From IMG/VR virus record IMGVR_UViG_3300001335_000566, positions 7,427 through 71,426 of that record: a DNA stretch of 64,000 nucleotides, one strand, 5' to 3'. Shown piece after piece: positions 38,756 through 49,797 of this stretch (the first letter of the stretch is position 1; every line of letters starts with the position of its first letter). This stretch comes from a virus (taxonomy: Duplodnaviria; Caudoviricetes). The notes under the pieces were generated by a model, which saw only the letters and a list, made by a program, of their open reading frames with translations, made no database searches and was not told the DNA's origin. A program made the translations under genes and the position numbers.

Positions 38756-40156
38756 TTATGTTTTGGCTTTTCCTTTATAAATATTAATAATATCATTATT
38801 ATATAATTTTTTATATTCATCCAAATCCATAATTATAGCTGAAGCACTTTGATTTTTTCTTTCAGAAACATCAGCAACATATTTTTGACCAGTTTTTTTA
38901 TCAACTATAATAACAGCAACATGATCAATACCATATTCTCTATCATCATCCCACCCATAATTACCAGTATCTAAAAATATAATTTCTCCATCTTCTAAAT
39001 TATCAATATCATTAATATCATTTAATTGTTTTTTATCTGTAGTATAATTTTGATATATATTTTCTGATGTATCTCTTGGAATATTAAACATTTTGCAAAT
39101 AGCACCACTACAATCTAAATTAGATGTGTCTGTTTTTCCAAATTCATATTTAGAACCTTCAAATTGTTTAAATTTATTAAAAGTTTCACTTTCTATATCT
39201 AATTTGGAAAAATCAGAATAATATTTTTTTGTAGGTTCATTTGAATCTTTTGGAAGTTCTGGAGGTTCAAACTGCATGTTTACATCATTATATTCATTAA
39301 CATTTGCTATTTCAGGAACTACTCTTTTTGTCATTTCAGGAGCTACTCTTTTTGCTATTTCAGGAGATTCTATTTTTGCCATTTCAGGGATATCATATCT
39401 TTCTATTTCTGAATCATCAACATTTTCAGTGTTTTGTGAATTGAACAATCGATTTAATTGGGCTGTTGATAATCCAAAGATATTTGCAAATTGACTATTT
39501 ACTAAATTCTCTTCATTTAATTTTCCTTGTTTTAACATATTTTCAAAAACACTTGCAGAAGTAAAGTTTTCCATTGCTCTTGCACCAGTATCAACCAATC
39601 CAGCCATCGACTGTGTTTGCATTTTTTTATTTGTTGCAATAGCCTGTGAAATATAATTATCAAATTCCATTTGTCGTCTGATATTTGCATCATCAATTTG
39701 AAGATTTGTTTGATCAACAGCTTGTCTTCCTTGAATATTTGTCCTGGCAGACTCCATATAAGACGCAAGATTATTTCTACCAACATCAGTATTCAGTTTT
39801 CTTAAAGAATCTTGTCGATTTGCAATTAATCCAGGTATAACATCAGCTCTTCCAAGTTGTCTTGCGAGATTAAGACCACTAATAAATCCTTTATCAACTT
39901 CCCGTTGTTCAGGACCAGCCGTTTGTAACAATGGAGATACTGGTGAATATTTAAGCCTTTTTATATTATCAGGTCGTGGAGCGTTTCTGTTTCTTCTTTC
40001 ATCATTAATAGCAATTAACAGATTAGCTGTGTCATTGATAGCACTTAGTCCACCTGTAATACCAAGACCTATTCGATAATTTTTAAATATCTTTTCTTGG
40101 TTTTTATCAAGTTCTGTTTGTAAATCATTCATAATAATATCGTTTTTTATATTCAA
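38756..40156 (-). CDS. ejected virion protein with C-terminal NlpC/P60 peptidoglycan hydrolase
   Basis: DCSGAICKMF...GIDHVAVI (catalytic Cys/His); hydrophobic N-terminal segment; central 8-aa repeats. Confidence 0.7.
   Translation of the reverse strand: MNIKNDIIMNDLQTELDKNQEKIFKNYRIGLGITGGLSAINDTANLLIAINDERRNRNAPRPDNIKRLKYSPVSPLLQTAGPEQREVDKGFISGLNLARQLGRADVIPGLIANRQDSLRKLNTDVGRNNLASYMESARTNIQGRQAVDQTNLQIDDANIRRQMEFDNYISQAIATNKKMQTQSMAGLVDTGARAMENFTSASVFENMLKQGKLNEENLVNSQFANIFGLSTAQLNRLFNSQNTENVDDSEIERYDIPEMAKIESPEIAKRVAPEMTKRVVPEIANVNEYNDVNMQFEPPELPKDSNEPTKKYYSDFSKLDIESETFNKFKQFEGSKYEFGKTDTSNLDCSGAICKMFNIPRDTSENIYQNYTTDKKQLNDINDIDNLEDGEIIFLDTGNYGWDDDREYGIDHVAVIIVDKKTGQKYVADVSERKNQSASAIIMDLDEYKKLYNNDIINIYKGKAKT
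39301..39390 (-). repeat. 24-nt tandem repeat, ~4 copies (PE[MI][AT]KxxA-like)
   Basis: ATTTCAGG recurs every 24 nt; protein PEMAKIES/PEIAKRVA/PEMTKRVV/PEIANVNE. Confidence 0.8.
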
Positions 40157-40797
40157 ATTATATCAAGAGAATTAATAATATCTTTTAATGATTTTCCAGA
40201 TTTTAATTCGAGCATTTGCTTTTCATTAAATATTGCTTTATTACCATTTGTAAACTCTACTTGAAATTCTCCACCTTCTGCTTCAATAGGTTTTTCATTT
40301 ACTTTAAGTTTAACACCGCCTTTTTTATGAGAAGGTCCCCGAATAGGTTTTATTGATTGTATAATAAGTTCATCATCATCTTTTTCTTTGATAAGAAGGC
40401 CATCTTTAGCTGTTTTTGAAAGAACATTAGTTATAGCATTTCCAGCAGCTTTACCACCAGTATTAGCAGCAGAAACAATACCAGAACCACCACCAATACT
40501 ACTACCACTACCACCAAAGGAACCCATAATACCACCCAATCCTGTTAATGCTCCACCGATAGTTCTTAATGTTGTAGCTTTTTTATTTTCTTCCTGATAT
40601 CTATGATAACTTAAATCAGGATTTATACCAGCACCGACACCAGAAACAGATCCTGCAGTTCTCCAATCACCCCATTCATTATTATTTATTAATGGTGTAG
40701 CTTTATCTATATAAGGTTTAAGACTTCCTGCAATAGAAAATCCTGTACCAGCAGCACTCAATCCTGCAGCAACGAGAGCAATAACGGGAATAGCCAT
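40153..40797 (-). CDS. Gly-rich membrane-spanning ejected protein
   Basis: Hydrophobic Gly/Ala segments; C-terminal GPSHKKGGV...EAEGGE motif seen in crAss-like cargo proteins. Confidence 0.55.
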   Translation of the reverse strand: MAIPVIALVAAGLSAAGTGFSIAGSLKPYIDKATPLINNNEWGDWRTAGSVSGVGAGINPDLSYHRYQEENKKATTLRTIGGALTGLGGIMGSFGGSGSSIGGGSGIVSAANTGGKAAGNAITNVLSKTAKDGLLIKEKDDDELIIQSIKPIRGPSHKKGGVKLKVNEKPIEAEGGEFQVEFTNGNKAIFNEKQMLELKSGKSLKDIINSLDII

Positions 40798-40800
40798 AAC

Positions 40801-43800
40801 TTAAATTTTAATTATGTTAAAATGAGTTAACACTCTTTTTATATAAATATCTTTTATATTATCTGAAGGGAAATATCGAAGAGTTACTTTTAACCATCTG
40901 CCCCTTATTAAACTATCAAGATGATAATCCTTACCTTTATCTTCTGTAGTTACAAAAATAGGTATTTGCCATTCATTTTGCAAGTATTCACTATATAACC
41001 AAAATTTACCGGTAGGATTATCTTTTGATTGAAATTCATATATACTCTTTTGAGATTCTGTTTCATATAAAATAGACGTTAATAATTCTTTTGTCATTTC
41101 TATATTCAAAGCCTCAAATGTTTTTTCAAGATCATACAATTTCTCACTTTCAGACGAATTTCCGGTAACAATAAAAGTTAATATAAAAGGATAATTAACA
41201 TCATAAAAAGACTGTGGTTTATCATCTACATCATGAAAATAAACAACATTTTTTTTGTCACCAGTGCCAAGAGAATATAAGTCTTTATTCAAATTCATAA
41301 ACTTATATGATGATATAGAAGTAAGGCCAACAATAATGTCAAAATCAACATGATATACAAGAGTAAAAGAATTCGTCATTATTTGTGAAAAACCAGGTCC
41401 GGGAGTACTGCTTAAATCATCTGTAGATGTAGGAATTATAAAGTTAATATATATTTCATCAAATTTTTCATTATAAACAGAATGAATACCACAACCATCA
41501 ATAATATTATTTGGCAATTCATTTGTTATATCACTATAAATGCTTAATCGATTTTTTAGTTCATCCCACCATTTAGTAATATATTTTGTTTTTATTAAAT
41601 TTATAGAATTCAAATATAAGTTTCCAGATTGATTTCTTTCTGATTTTACCATCCATATTACATCATTTTTCCAATCAACTCCAATTACAATATCTTCTGC
41701 TTTTACAACACTCATCATGTGTTGAGTACCATATTTAGCTAAGTTTTTAAAATATTCTGGAAGGATTGAAATTTCAGGCACTAAAATAATATTCCCCGAA
41801 CTACCATCACTTTCTACAACTCTTTCTTTTATATAATGTTGATTAATTGATTCTTTTTGTATTGATAAAAAACTATCTATTTTTTCATATGGTATAATTC
41901 TCATACCATCCCCATTTTCTGAAGGAAGGTCAATATAATTGTTTATTCCTATATCACGATAAGCATCTATAATACTACCTTCTGCCTTTTTAAATGAATG
42001 ATATATACGAGTTTTTCGTTGATCTTGTGATTCTTGTGGTATTTTGGGATCATATCCAATACCTACTTTACCCGGCAATGTAACATTATAACCATCATTA
42101 ATTTGTGTGGCTTCTACTGCATTTTCACTATATATTCCCAAAACAACCCACTGTTTAAATGTAGCTCTATGAAATACTTTTGGCCAATATGAATATTTTA
42201 TTTTTTCTTGTTCATCATCATAAAGAGAAATTTCATTTCGAGCATCTGCATTAATAAAATTTTCAGTTAACATTCCTAAAAGAAATCCCCATTGATAAAA
42301 AGGATTATCATGATTATTACTTTGATATCCCATATATTGCCAACCTTCACCACCACCTTTAATTTTATCAGCAGAATCACCCATTGCATTTGCTCCTTCA
42401 AAATCATACCATCTATGAGTACGGTAAAACGATCTTTGTAAAAAAGTGTCTCCTTTAAAAATAATAATATTGTCATCAATATTATCAATACTTACAAGTT
42501 TACTTATTTCATCATATATAGTAACTTCCGGAAGAAAATCATTAACTACACTTTTCAAATAATCTTCATCATCAGGATTAGTTTTATAAATATTATATAC
42601 ATCAATAAAATTTTTCTGGTTATAATTTGATCCAGTATATCTTTCAGAACTAAATGCTGAAATAGTATAAGGATTTAAACCAATATATCTTGATAATTGA
42701 AATCCTCTATTATAAAATCGAACCCAATTATTACCTTGTAAATCTGCCCACATAAAGGGTTTCATTTTTGAAGTAAAGTTTAGGGCTCCCAATTCTGTTG
42801 ATTTTTCAACAAATGCAGAAGTAACATTATCCTCCTTTCTGTTTTCATCAGAAAATGAAAGTTTTTCTTTTGCAACACTCACATCTGCTTCTACACCAAT
42901 AATATGGGGTCTAATAGTGCCAAGATCTGGATGATTGGAGTTTATTACTTCCCTTGCATGTGCCGTATATACATGTTTTAAATAAACACTATCAGGAATA
43001 TGAACATAAGGAGAAAGAATAATATCTGAACTAAATAATCCACCATGTAAAGATCCTCCAGAATAATTTGATGGAACAGTTAAAAAGTTTGGTAGATTCC
43101 ATGTTCCTGATCCTATAAGAAATTCATTCTTATATGTATGCGATATTGCACCATAATATACAATTTCTCCCGTATTATTAGAAGCTTGTTTTGCTGCAAT
43201 AGGCATACATCCTTTCCATAATGGAACTATTTTATTTTGATTAATATTACTAAAACCGCCACTTTTTTCATTTGTAAAATCAATTCTATTCGCAATTCCA
43301 TCTACTGTTCTAAATGCACTTTTATAACCAGTCAAAACTACTCCTTGACAAATCATATTATCAATTCTTTGACTTCTACCAAATTTTATTGCTATAACAT
43401 CTTTAAATAATTCAGGATTATCAACAATATATTGTTTAAAAAGATCACATTTAAACATAATTGCTAATGCGTAATTAAATGTTTGAACATCTTCATTATT
43501 CCAAAATGGAAATTCATATAATCCTTTATCATTTTCAACACCATTTATATTTCCTTTTACTGGAAACCAATCTGATTCTACTCCATTCTTAAAAATATAT
43601 TTCATTGAATATGGATATATTTCACCACGAGCATATCCCACATACTTATAAACATTTTCTTCCTTTTTATAAAATGAATTATCAAGTTTAATTTGATTAT
43701 ATTCATCTATTTTTTTATGAGTAGCACCATCAGTACAAATATTGCCTATTGAACAATTAAAATCAAGTTTTACTTTTAAGGCAGCCTGCCTTAACAATTC

Positions 43801-44919
43801 ATAATTATCTCCTGTAATATCTTTTTTCCAATTAATACCATAATAAATATTATTTACTATACAATGACTTTTATTAATATTAAAAGGAATTCTTGTTTTT
43901 AGAATTTCCTCATATGCTAAAACAGCCTGTGGTTCCCTACCTGTGATATTTATTTCTAATTCATCATCATTAATTACAAATTTTTGGTCAATAACATAAG
44001 TGTCTTTATCTGCTTTAGCGTTTTCAATTAATGAGGTATTTCTAACAACACCAACTTGAACATATGTAAATGATTTATCAAGGTTTTTAAGTTTTATTTT
44101 TATAGATTTGTTTGTTACATTTTCGCTATCTATAATCCAATCTTTTTCTTGCATACCTGCTTTATTTCCAACTGGTTTTTCTTGATTCAAAACACATATT
44201 GGTCCAATACTATCAACAAATGGAGTACCATTAAAATCTTTTGTTAAATATTTAAAAAACAAATAATAATTTCCTGGTTTATTTGCACCTGTATTAGTAA
44301 GCCCCAAAAATTCTATATCCAATACTTCTGCTGAAGAAGCTATCAAATTTATAGCACCATTAAAGCTTTTAGGACTAATATATCTTTCAAGAGAATTTCC
44401 CTTTTTATTAAAATTCGTATTTATTACACGAACAGGATTATTATAATCAGTTAAATAAAGATTTACACTTTCATCATAACTTTCATCAGCAAATATATCA
44501 AGTACGGTATTTTTAGTAAAATTAAATAATTGGGTTCTAAGTGGAAAAATTTTGTTAGTTGTTGGAATATAAAAATTATTTAATGCTTTATAGGTTCTTT
44601 CAAATACAGTATTTGTAGATGTCCATTCTTTAGGTGAAGGAAAACATCCAATTTCACTTCTTCCAGGTGTAAAACTTTCTTCTATATTATGAGAAACAAT
44701 ATATAATATACCATTATGTTGACATGCTCCAATCACAACATATCCAGTATTAATTTCAAATTCTTCTTTGTTTCCAGCCATATTGGTAATAACAAGTCCT
44801 TGCCCTTTACGATTCATAATTCTCGCATTAAGAGTAGGAAAATCCCATTGGTCAGAAGTTCTGAACATGTTGTCCAGGTCTGTTATTGCACCCTTTACAA
44901 ATATATTTTTATCTATCAT
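40801..44919 (-). CDS. tail stabilization / muzzle protein (P22 gp10-like)
   Basis: 1372 aa; N-terminal KGAITDLD...NARI...ITNMAGN; GDTF motif; C-terminal IRGRWLKVTL; canonical crAss gene order. Confidence 0.75.
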   Translation of the reverse strand: MIDKNIFVKGAITDLDNMFRTSDQWDFPTLNARIMNRKGQGLVITNMAGNKEEFEINTGYVVIGACQHNGILYIVSHNIEESFTPGRSEIGCFPSPKEWTSTNTVFERTYKALNNFYIPTTNKIFPLRTQLFNFTKNTVLDIFADESYDESVNLYLTDYNNPVRVINTNFNKKGNSLERYISPKSFNGAINLIASSAEVLDIEFLGLTNTGANKPGNYYLFFKYLTKDFNGTPFVDSIGPICVLNQEKPVGNKAGMQEKDWIIDSENVTNKSIKIKLKNLDKSFTYVQVGVVRNTSLIENAKADKDTYVIDQKFVINDDELEINITGREPQAVLAYEEILKTRIPFNINKSHCIVNNIYYGINWKKDITGDNYELLRQAALKVKLDFNCSIGNICTDGATHKKIDEYNQIKLDNSFYKKEENVYKYVGYARGEIYPYSMKYIFKNGVESDWFPVKGNINGVENDKGLYEFPFWNNEDVQTFNYALAIMFKCDLFKQYIVDNPELFKDVIAIKFGRSQRIDNMICQGVVLTGYKSAFRTVDGIANRIDFTNEKSGGFSNINQNKIVPLWKGCMPIAAKQASNNTGEIVYYGAISHTYKNEFLIGSGTWNLPNFLTVPSNYSGGSLHGGLFSSDIILSPYVHIPDSVYLKHVYTAHAREVINSNHPDLGTIRPHIIGVEADVSVAKEKLSFSDENRKEDNVTSAFVEKSTELGALNFTSKMKPFMWADLQGNNWVRFYNRGFQLSRYIGLNPYTISAFSSERYTGSNYNQKNFIDVYNIYKTNPDDEDYLKSVVNDFLPEVTIYDEISKLVSIDNIDDNIIIFKGDTFLQRSFYRTHRWYDFEGANAMGDSADKIKGGGEGWQYMGYQSNNHDNPFYQWGFLLGMLTENFINADARNEISLYDDEQEKIKYSYWPKVFHRATFKQWVVLGIYSENAVEATQINDGYNVTLPGKVGIGYDPKIPQESQDQRKTRIYHSFKKAEGSIIDAYRDIGINNYIDLPSENGDGMRIIPYEKIDSFLSIQKESINQHYIKERVVESDGSSGNIILVPEISILPEYFKNLAKYGTQHMMSVVKAEDIVIGVDWKNDVIWMVKSERNQSGNLYLNSINLIKTKYITKWWDELKNRLSIYSDITNELPNNIIDGCGIHSVYNEKFDEIYINFIIPTSTDDLSSTPGPGFSQIMTNSFTLVYHVDFDIIVGLTSISSYKFMNLNKDLYSLGTGDKKNVVYFHDVDDKPQSFYDVNYPFILTFIVTGNSSESEKLYDLEKTFEALNIEMTKELLTSILYETESQKSIYEFQSKDNPTGKFWLYSEYLQNEWQIPIFVTTEDKGKDYHLDSLIRGRWLKVTLRYFPSDNIKDIYIKRVLTHFNIIKI

Positions 44920-45554
44920 TATTCAAATTGATTATGTGAAAATGGCATTCTTCCTATCATAGCAAGCATATTTCCACGAATGATATTAAGTTGTTCATCA
45001 TGAGTTTTATCCCGATGTCTATATGAAGATTTTGCAGCCATCACTTGATTAGAAAATAATATATTCCATTCTCGCCACATATTAGGATCGATTTTTTTAA
45101 GCATGGCATCTTCTTCAAAAAATTTTACTTTACAAAATGTTTCACAAGCAAGTTCATGCCCGGAAGGAATAAGAATTTCACCAGTTACAGTATCAACAGG
45201 AATACCAATGTAATTAATATAAACAGTATCTCCTTCTTTATAATCATCACCACTTGTTATATTTTTCAATGCAAATAAATGAGTATTAGTTTTGTTATAT
45301 GTTATTCTGTCTTCATTTTCATCATATACTTCAATAATACGATATACATTACAAGGTAATAAAACAGATTTTTCAAAACCAACAATAAGAGGAATTTCTT
45401 CAAATTTCCACATAGTATCAATATCACCAAAATGCTCAACTTCTACTCGTGCACAATATTCAGCAACAAGTGATCTGTCAAATTCAAAAGCTCTAAATTG
45501 TGAATTTAGTCTTCCTGCTATTACTTCAGAAGTAACATATTGTTCAATAGCCAT
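44919..45554 (-). CDS. tail tubular / ring protein
   Basis: 211 aa directly upstream of the muzzle gene; LPCNVYRI...INYIGIPVD..GEILIP pattern. Confidence 0.65.
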   Translation of the reverse strand: MAIEQYVTSEVIAGRLNSQFRAFEFDRSLVAEYCARVEVEHFGDIDTMWKFEEIPLIVGFEKSVLLPCNVYRIIEVYDENEDRITYNKTNTHLFALKNITSGDDYKEGDTVYINYIGIPVDTVTGEILIPSGHELACETFCKVKFFEEDAMLKKIDPNMWREWNILFSNQVMAAKSSYRHRDKTHDEQLNIIRGNMLAMIGRMPFSHNQFE

Positions 45555-46197
45555 AATTTCTCATTTTTAAAATAATATCATCAATAACTGGATAAATATG
45601 TCCTTTATCAAGTTCTTGCCGTAACAAGTCTTGATATTTGTTTTCTAAATAAATGTATTTTCGTCTTCCATTAACAATTTTAAATCCTTTCCTGGAAAAG
45701 ACAAAAAATAATTTAACCCTACCTTGTCCATGTGCAACATCATAATAATAGTTTTTACTTGATACCGATTGTTGAGCAAATACAAGATAAGCCATTTTTT
45801 TAGGATATGAAAAAACAACATTGTTAATCATCATATCTCTTATAACTGTGTCAAAGAACAATTCTGAAATTCTTTCAATACATTTTAATTTGAATTTTCT
45901 TCCATTATTTTTTTTCTTTTCAACATATCCACTAAATATTTCATCAAATTCTTTTAAGGTATGTACCATTGTTTTAGGACTACCACATGTATTATCAATC
46001 ATATCTTCATAATCAAGCACTGGTATATCATAACGCTTCCCTGTTAAGTTTACTGTTACTGTTTTAATATGTTTGGTCTTCCGGACTGTCTTGCTCGATA
46101 CGGTATGGTATCTTCTCCTTTTTCTTTCTGTCTTTAAGCCATTTAAGGTATTGTTCATAGGCATTATGTTGTATTTGTGTTCTTTTTGACAAATCAA
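45544..46197 (-). CDS. IHF/HU-like basic protein (true start uncertain)
   Basis: Syntenic with crAss IHF-like genes; basic; helix followed by a beta arm. Confidence 0.4.
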   Translation of the reverse strand: MICQKEHKYNIMPMNNTLNGLKTERKRRRYHTVSSKTVRKTKHIKTVTVNLTGKRYDIPVLDYEDMIDNTCGSPKTMVHTLKEFDEIFSGYVEKKKNNGRKFKLKCIERISELFFDTVIRDMMINNVVFSYPKKMAYLVFAQQSVSSKNYYYDVAHGQGRVKLFFVFSRKGFKIVNGRRKYIYLENKYQDLLRQELDKGHIYPVIDDIILKMRNYGY

Positions 46198-46594
46198 TTC
46201 CTGTTATTTTCTTATATTCTTTAATCATATTTCTTGGTTGATCAGCTTTCTTTTCCATCCACTTATAAAAATCCTGATCCCAAAAAGGTCTTAATTTAAA
46301 TTCTACAACTGCAAAACAAACGGGTACATAAAATATTTCATCTTCAATAGTAATCTTATAATGGTCTTGTAAAACAGGATAATTTGTATCTTCACAATCA
46401 AAATAATAAGAGTGTCTTTTTTCAATTTCATTAAATAAATACTGGTGTCTTGAAAGAAAATTAAACTTTTTATTATTTTGATTTGTTATAGTAATATCAC
46501 AAATAAAAGTTATAATCTTACCAAGATCAACAGCATTTCCATCTTCATCAACAATATTTGCTATCATGCAAATTTCGGTTTTGTAAATAAACAA
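46064..46594 (-). CDS. hypothetical protein (likely ATG start at 46567)
   Basis: ORF track; overlaps the downstream gene. Confidence 0.5.
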   Translation of the reverse strand: MFIYKTEICMIANIVDEDGNAVDLGKIITFICDITITNQNNKKFNFLSRHQYLFNEIEKRHSYYFDCEDTNYPVLQDHYKITIEDEIFYVPVCFAVVEFKLRPFWDQDFYKWMEKKADQPRNMIKEYKKITGIDLSKRTQIQHNAYEQYLKWLKDRKKKEKIPYRIEQDSPEDQTY

Positions 46595-46720
46595 TTAAGG
46601 TCAAATCTTATTTTCTTTGTCTTAAAAACAAAAAGATATCGCCTTTTATATATTCTAACATAAAAAACAATATCATTTGTTTTAATTATGCGTATTAAAA
46701 ATAAACTGACACAACTTCCA

Positions 46721-47386
46721 TTAAGATGCGGTAATTTCGTCATTTTCATTTCGATCCTCCTTTTTTTCTTTTGGGGTTTGAACTCCAGGAAAAGTACTTA
46801 ATATGTCCTGTTTAACCAATAGTTTTAACTTATAACTTGATGGTACAGGATAAGGATCTGTATCTTTATAATTACAGACAGTAGAAGGTTTTTGATGTAT
46901 ACCAAGATATGAAATGAATTTTGTTGATTTAGTAGGAAGGTTTTTTAAATACATATTATTACCAACAATCGTGTATAATGGACCCGGTTTTGAATATTGT
47001 GGTTTATAATTTATGAAGTTCGAAAAATTTACTCTCATAAATGTATTTTCCATACTTTGACTCATAACAGATTTTAATTCCCTTCTCATTAATCCTGTCA
47101 CTAATGGAGATAAAGAAACCAAAAATATGTCTGTATTTGATTTTATTTCGATACCATTTATTACACATATATTACTTAAACAATTAACTTCAGAACAAGT
47201 AATAAATTGATAAAATCCATCATCAATATATTTTCTGCTAACAAGTTCATCTCTTATAAGTGTTTCTCGCATTGAATCACACTTATCAGCAATATATTCT
47301 TTGACAGTAACTAAATATTCTAAAGAAATAAGTTGCTGTAAATCAATGATTATTTCTTCAACGATTTGATAAAGGCTTCCTTTCAT
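46721..47386 (-). CDS. tail ring/adaptor protein
   Basis: 221 aa; NNMYLKN...YPVP..YKLKLLVKQDIL pattern; crAss synteny. Confidence 0.55.
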   Translation of the reverse strand: MKGSLYQIVEEIIIDLQQLISLEYLVTVKEYIADKCDSMRETLIRDELVSRKYIDDGFYQFITCSEVNCLSNICVINGIEIKSNTDIFLVSLSPLVTGLMRRELKSVMSQSMENTFMRVNFSNFINYKPQYSKPGPLYTIVGNNMYLKNLPTKSTKFISYLGIHQKPSTVCNYKDTDPYPVPSSYKLKLLVKQDILSTFPGVQTPKEKKEDRNENDEITAS

Positions 47387-47398
47387 AATATATCTTTT

Positions 47399-47440
47399 AA
47401 AAAAAGGGCATGGGCGATATCTTGCCCACGCCCCTTTTAT
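47399..47440. terminator. intrinsic (bidirectional-looking) terminator after the capsid operon
   Basis: AAAAAGGGCATGGGC-GATATCTT-GCCCACGCCCCTTTT. Confidence 0.75.
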
Positions 47441-47459
47441 TAAGCCAAAAACCTGACAA

Positions 47460-48974
47460 TTACCAACTGGAAGGTACTATACCTGACCAAATCTGAAGCA
47501 AATCTTCAAGATTTGTATCAAGTGTTTTTCCAGTTGTTACTTCATCAATAAAGCTGTACTGATCATTTGGAACATTAGCATCATAGATGTCATCATCAAT
47601 TGCTGAAGACAAAACATATAAGTGAACTTCCCTGGTATGTAATGCATCATAGCTTGCACCATGAAGACCAGAAACCCTCGTTCCCTTAAATGTTAATGTA
47701 TAAAGGGTATAATCTTCACCCTGAATAGCATTATCAGCATATAAGAATGCACTGAGCTTTCCACCCTTATTATAATGACTGAATATACGATGTACATCAT
47801 CAGCTGTTAAACTCGGATATTTAGCAAAGTATGAAATTTTGTCTTCCAACTCAGATGTTGAAGCTGCACTGAAAGTAAACTTAATGCTCTTATTAGAAGC
47901 ATTGCTGTAAACAATGGCTTCATCAACGTAAGTATCATATGAGGCATATATGTTTGTAAGACTTGCATTTGAGAAACCAGTATTCAAATTAGCCACATAT
48001 GTTGCAGAAGTATCATGATCATTTAATGCAGCTGTATCAGTTCCATCGACAGAAACAGTAGTTGTTCCTGCAGTTGTAGTTCCAGAGATTGAATAATAGG
48101 AAAACCCTTCAAGCGTTCCCATATCTTTTGGAAGTTCTACATCAAACTGAACCTGCTGTTCTTTTGCAACAAGCATGATATACCGGTTTACAACTTCAAG
48201 TGTTCCAGTGCCAGCTCCATCAGCAACAGTGAACAGAGTACCAGAATTCCTGCTGACAACCATGATTTGAGTAGTTGAAACAGCAAATGCTTGTACATAA
48301 AGTTGTAATGTGGCATTATTGTTAATAGCATGAGCAGAAGCAATAGAAGCAGTATTCAATGTTACTGTAGTTGCAACACCATCATCATCAGTAATAGTAA
48401 TATCTGCAGCATCACCAGCATCAATATTAATTCGATATGCCCTTTTTGCTTCACATACAGCACCAGACATTTTACTGATTGGATCAGTATTGTTATTGTG
48501 CATACCATCATCAAGATAAATCTGTTCAATGATATCATCTTCTGCTTCCAGAACATAAGTATCATCTACATATCCTGATGTGGTAGTAATTGCAGCAATA
48601 CTTCCTCCATAAGTAACCTGATGTGCATCATGTCTGTTATTTCTAACACCAGGCATTTTCACTTTAGGACGAATTACAAGACCATAACCCCAATGCGTAA
48701 TTTCAGCAGGAGCCATAGGATTTAATTCTACAAGCCAACCTTTAAGCAATCCATCATCTGAAGTGCTTTTTGATACTTCAAGATCTGCATTTAAAGTTCC
48801 TGAAGCAGCAAGTGGGTTTGTAGTAGCAGTATGGGTATCACCAGGTATGGTAATTCCAAGCTGTTTGAATTTCAACATTCTTCTACCCATAACTTCATCA
48901 CCATACAGGCCGATGATTTTATCAGTTACAGAGTTGAGAAGAATTCGGGTGATCGGTTGACGAATGTTTCTCAT
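47460..48974 (-). CDS. virion structural protein (auxiliary capsid/decoration-like, 504 aa)
   Basis: Thr/Ala-rich beta protein with high-expression codon bias; last gene before the terminator in the capsid operon. Confidence 0.5.
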   Translation of the reverse strand: MRNIRQPITRILLNSVTDKIIGLYGDEVMGRRMLKFKQLGITIPGDTHTATTNPLAASGTLNADLEVSKSTSDDGLLKGWLVELNPMAPAEITHWGYGLVIRPKVKMPGVRNNRHDAHQVTYGGSIAAITTTSGYVDDTYVLEAEDDIIEQIYLDDGMHNNNTDPISKMSGAVCEAKRAYRINIDAGDAADITITDDDGVATTVTLNTASIASAHAINNNATLQLYVQAFAVSTTQIMVVSRNSGTLFTVADGAGTGTLEVVNRYIMLVAKEQQVQFDVELPKDMGTLEGFSYYSISGTTTAGTTTVSVDGTDTAALNDHDTSATYVANLNTGFSNASLTNIYASYDTYVDEAIVYSNASNKSIKFTFSAASTSELEDKISYFAKYPSLTADDVHRIFSHYNKGGKLSAFLYADNAIQGEDYTLYTLTFKGTRVSGLHGASYDALHTREVHLYVLSSAIDDDIYDANVPNDQYSFIDEVTTGKTLDTNLEDLLQIWSGIVPSSW

Positions 48975-49002
48975 GATTAATTAAATTTTTATAATAAAAA
49001 GT

Positions 49003-49797
49003 TTATCTGTGTCTGACCTTTTCTTCATTTAAAAAGGTTTGATATCGTTGTGATGTAACACCTTCAAGATGTATTCTCACAGCCGAATCCACAACTTCTT
49101 CAAGTTGATCTTCGTTTAAATCGATATCATAAGTTATTTCTTCAGTTTCTTCATTATAAATCATATGATTAGCAACTCGAATATATTCAAGCAACAAATA
49201 TGCACACTCACTTTGCTTTCCATTATCAACATAAATTTTATTGTCAATAATTTTATAATACAATCTTTCATCTGAAGGTTTCAAATAATAAGATTTTCTA
49301 AAAACAGAATCAGCATTAGCCCTTACAAATATACCACCAATCCAATCACTAAAACCAGTATGATTACATTCTTGTAAATCGTTGGTATCATAATCTAACA
49401 AAAACTCACAAGTCAGGTGTCTTACATATTCTTCCATTATGGAAGGTATAATAATAGGACTTGAATCTTGATTATTGCCACCAGTACCAGTAGTTGTTAT
49501 TTGTGTAGGATCTATTTCCGGTCCATAACCGGTTATAATTCCATCGGGTATGCTAAAACGCCAGGGAAATCCATCATCAGGTGCATAAAAATACCTTCTA
49601 ATAAGGTTCCTGAATTTATCACGAATGATTGGATCAAGACTCACAGTTTCATCAAAGAGACCATGAGTCTTCATCCAATCCCTTAATGCCCACTCATTCC
49701 AAATACGAACAAATTTATCTGGTAATACAGTTGACATCTTTGACATATTAATGCCAAGCAAAAATGCCTTATAGATATCTTCTACAGAATTAAGCAT
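49003..49797 (-). CDS. head-tail ring/adaptor protein
   Basis: 264 aa; N-terminal helix and C-terminal EEVVDSAV..HLE...SQRYQTF; crAss synteny. Confidence 0.55.
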   Translation of the reverse strand: MLNSVEDIYKAFLLGINMSKMSTVLPDKFVRIWNEWALRDWMKTHGLFDETVSLDPIIRDKFRNLIRRYFYAPDDGFPWRFSIPDGIITGYGPEIDPTQITTTGTGGNNQDSSPIIIPSIMEEYVRHLTCEFLLDYDTNDLQECNHTGFSDWIGGIFVRANADSVFRKSYYLKPSDERLYYKIIDNKIYVDNGKQSECAYLLLEYIRVANHMIYNEETEEITYDIDLNEDQLEEVVDSAVRIHLEGVTSQRYQTFLNEEKVRHR

